Positions 60,536 to 64,000 of a stretch of DNA of 64,000 nucleotides are shown piece by piece (the stretch's first letter is position 1; every line of letters begins with the position of its first letter). This DNA comes from Paraspadella gotoi (Eukaryota > Animalia > Chaetognatha). A program made the position numbers and the translations under genes. The DNA lies in the NCBI GenBank assembly GCA_051294375.1, contig CM119265.1, positions 10,433,042-10,497,041 on the forward strand, given 5' to 3'. Below the pieces are notes generated by a model. That model was not told the DNA's origin. It saw only the letters and a program-made list of their open reading frames with translations, and did not search any database.

Positions 60536-63500
60536 TTAATTCCAGTTTCCAGTCTTCACTTCGACGCTCTCCACGATGCCCTCTCCCAAAATGGAGATGT
60601 CTTCCACCAACGCCTCCACGTCGAACTCCGTGGTCGACGGGATCATCTCGGTCCGTTCAAGATCCTCGATGACGTCGCCGGTCGAAGCCGAGGAAGAATT
60701 TAATACCGCGCGTCGCCCGGGCGCCGTTAACGTCGCCCGGTTCCACGGCGTCGGTTTCATAATTTCCGGGCGCCAAAGAACGCCAATGACGTCGCCGCCG
60801 TAAGGATCGTGGAAAAAGTGGCAAGTGTGGGAATAGCTGTCACGAAGGTCCTGAGTAAAAGAGAAAAATGGTAATTAGTGGCAAGTCATTTGTAACCCAA
60901 TTTTCTTCCCCCCAACAACTCGCCTTCAACAACCGTTGGGCAGGATCGAAATCGGAAACAGGTAAGAATCCTTTCTCCCGGGGATTCAAACTCGTCGTCA
61001 ATGCTTCGGGAGCCATCATGTCGTCAAGAGCTGAGCTACGACGAGGTATTCGGGTCTTCTTCAAGCGAACCAGAATGTTGAAGTCGTCAAGAGGTGGGCG
61101 AAAGGCTGACTTAAGATGTTCCACAGGAACTAAAGCTCGGCGCCCGTCTTCGCTCTCCAGTCGCTCGACGATGAGGCGCAGTGCCGCCTTGGCGACGGCG
61201 ATTAGCCGACCGAGAACGAACGGCGCCGGACGATCGAGGGTCCATTCGACGCCGGTTGTGTCGAAGGGAGTGCCAAGAACCAACGCCGCTCCGGAGCCGC
61301 CTTCCCGGCGCTCCCGCATTTTCTCCTCGAGCTCCGAACGGAGTCGTCGAAAATCGGATGGAGAGAGTTCGTCGTTAAAATTCAGGAGAATGGGAGTTGA
61401 CCTCCAGTCCCAAGTCGCAAGGAGGAGGAGGACGCGAAGAAACCCGGTTTGTGGGGAGACGGGGGCAGAAGAAAAGGGCTGTGGATGCAGAAACACGTAG
61501 CCGACTAACATCTCCAGCGCTACCTCCTCGAAAGACCCCGACAACATTTGCGACGCTACCCACCGCTTAAAAATTCGGCAAGACGCGGAAAATCCGGGAA
61601 ACTGAGCGTTGAGACCGTTGATGGCGCCGGCGATTTGCGGAAGACGAAAATGGCGCCGATGAAAGACGGAAGAGGGCAGTCTGTGAACTTCGAGCGGCGT
61701 CACGTTTTCCTCGGATCCCTTTGACAGTTGAGAGGAGTTGGATTCACGGCGTTTGAGGAGAGCCAATTCGCGTGGATGAACGACAGAGAGACAAAAGACG
61801 TAGCCGCCTTTCAAAACTTTAACGCAGTCAGTCGTCAAGGAGATGGAGAGACCCTTTTCGCGCAACGCACGGGCGATGGCGAGTAGAAAAGAGGATTTGA
61901 CGCGGGAGAAAGCGTGTAAATCTTCGGGCCATTTTCCGCTCAGTTCCAGAGTTAGTAAAACCTGAGGGAACCGAAATTCAAAGAAAATAGTTACTTATAA
62001 TTGTGTAACCGAAGCCTAAGTGAAAAAGCTTCTCCTCACCTCCAAACCAGGAACCCATTCGGGAACGCCGTCCTTTTCCTCTAACGGAATTCTCTCTCCG
62101 ACCTGCCCATCGAGTTTTGCCCCGCGCTTGCCCAAGTTAGCATCGCGATTCAGAATTCCCGTGACGGCGTTCGATTGTCCGTAAAAGGAGCGAAGCGGCG
62201 GAAAAGGGTCAGTGAGGCGGAAAACGGGCGCAATACCCTGCACGCCAGTCACCCGGAGAGGCAGCGAGGCGGCGGAGAGCTCGCGCAGGATCTTCGCGAG
62301 ATCGTCGAGGGCGGCGACGCAGGACGACTGCTGCTCCTCCCCGGTGCCAAGGCTGCCGTTCTTGGGGTCTTCAGCAGCAGCCTTGACTGCTTTGGACTTT
62401 GGCTTTTGGAATCGGAGCACCCGCTCGAGTTCGTCGTCTAGAAAAAATATCTTCTTGAAGCCGAAGTGCTTCTTGAGAAGACGAGAGGCGATGAAATGAG
62501 TCACGCTTCGTCGATGCACGACAAGGCGATTGGGATGCCACAAGACCGCCTCCAATATGGTGCCGTCTTTGAATCGTCGTGTTTCGCAAAGGTCTCCGTA
62601 AAATTCTCTGTAGGGGAAAAGAAATATTGAGGAAATACAAAACTCATCAAAAATCTTTTTATGTCGTTTCGCCGCAAATACGACTCACCACTCAGAGACT
62701 CCGGTTCTCTACCGGGAGACTCTGGAGCATAGGGTGATTTTAATTTAAATTTAAAACTTATCAACAATGAAACTTGTAAATGTTTCATACTCATTTAGTG
62801 GCGGGATCATATGTAATGCATGTAAACATTACACAATGTATACATAAAAGACTGCGGCGCAACACCTTATTTTTCTTTTTACCGAAATTCTTTAGCGGCT
62901 TTGAACTCTTCCGGAGAGGGTCCCTTCTCCATGACGACGGAATGATTTTCAGGGTTAAGATCAACGCCAAAGACGAGCTCCGATTGGTCGTGATTTGGTG
63001 GCGCGTCAGCCAATGGCCATCGTTGATGAGGAACGGGCAGAGCAACGATTTGGGTGGCGCGAGAACCGAAGCCTCGTTGGAGAACTTCAAGAATGGAGGC
63101 CGTGATTGAGGATAGGGATGAACCAGAGCGAGAGAACACGGATTCGAAGAGATTCTAAAAAATAGTATCCTAATTTTATTCTATAATTGTACAGATTAAC
63201 AAAGTCAGTTAAAATGTTTACCTTTTTCTGGAGGCAATTCTCCAGCTTCCCTTCGTCCCTCGTGTCTCGAACAACGACGAGACGATCGAATCTCGTGGCG
63301 CGAGGCAACGCGTGCAGGAAGATGGCGTCGAAGGCAGAGCGCGCGTGAGAAGATTCGTCGAGGCAAGCCAACGCGGCGCCGGATTCGTGAGACACGCGAC
63401 GCAAAAACTGGTGCGTAAGTTGAGGCGTCAAGTTGCAAAGACCGGCGCGGTCGAGAACGACGACGTCGAAAAGGGCGCCCAGTCGATCGAGTCGTTGAGA

Positions 63501-64000
63501 AGAGGGAAAGGGGTGAAGAGAAATCCCTGAAATGTTAAACGGTTAAATTATAAATTTTTTAAATTTTAATTTACAATTCTACAAATCTAAAAATGTATAA
63601 TTTGAACTCAGGAAACCGACCTTTCACAAAAGTCCCGTCGGAGAGGGCCAACAGCGTCTTGCGAAAAACGTGGAATCCGCTCAAGTCTTTGGAGACGGCG
63701 TTGACGACGACGAGATAAGCGACGAAGATGACGGCGACCTCGGGCGTCAAGGAACCAACGCCGATGTCAAGGCCGCGTTGTCGGAGGAATGTTTTTAACA
63801 ATATGACCCCGTCGATAAGATTGGGGGCTTTTCCTTGTGAAAGCAATTATTTAAATCGTAAGTTTCGAGGTCAAATAAAAATCCATTTTTCAACTCACCA
63901 TAAATTTCCGCTAAGAACTCTTCATTCCGTTGAAAAGTCAAGTCTCTTAGAATCGCGTTTTCGTAATGAGCCGCGTAGAGAATCTCCTTCTTCCCCTCGG
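60536..64000 (-). CDS. NOL6: Nucleolar protein 6 (Utp22/Nrap), 3' part; gene begins beyond the window end
   Basis: DGVILLKTFLRQRGL, EKGPSPEEFKAAKEFR, LELSGKWPEDL, FKRWVASQML, SPQTGFLRVL, FDPAQRLL, FFHDPYGGDVIGV. Confidence 0.93.

Noticed and set aside
43119-61500. Plus-strand ORFs of 100-230 aa (for example 43119-43805 and 60868-61500)
   Set aside because: Antisense shadows of GC-rich minus-strand exons, with no recognisable motifs

Overview
Intron-containing eukaryotic DNA, almost certainly from an invertebrate animal, with GC/CpG-rich exons and very AT-rich introns. I can trace 16 protein-coding genes, all on the minus strand. In transcription order they are NOL6 (5' truncated), an ePHD/PHF11-like gene, SMARCAL1, SAM synthetase, DNPH1, SPIDR, DNPEP, a coiled-coil+MIF4G protein, an aldo-keto reductase, HDHD5, separase, an orphan, GALM, a PRDX6-like gene, RAB11FIP3/4 and TMEM120 (3' truncated). 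Many stop-to-start gaps are only 144-350 bp, and several start codons have an apparently unpaired 3' splice acceptor just upstream. This is the architecture expected of SL-trans-spliced polycistronic operons (inference). Other highlights: a Prx6 lacking its peroxidatic Cys; a MAT lacking a conserved substrate-binding Asp; three Penelope-type minimal hammerhead ribozymes, two in the transcribed sense; an HDHD5 intron with no in-phase AG acceptor; many GTT splice donors; a structured repeat conserved only in short blocks; and deeply nested non-autonomous transposons. All calls were made by eye, with no database searches; internal exon boundaries and repeat ends are approximate.
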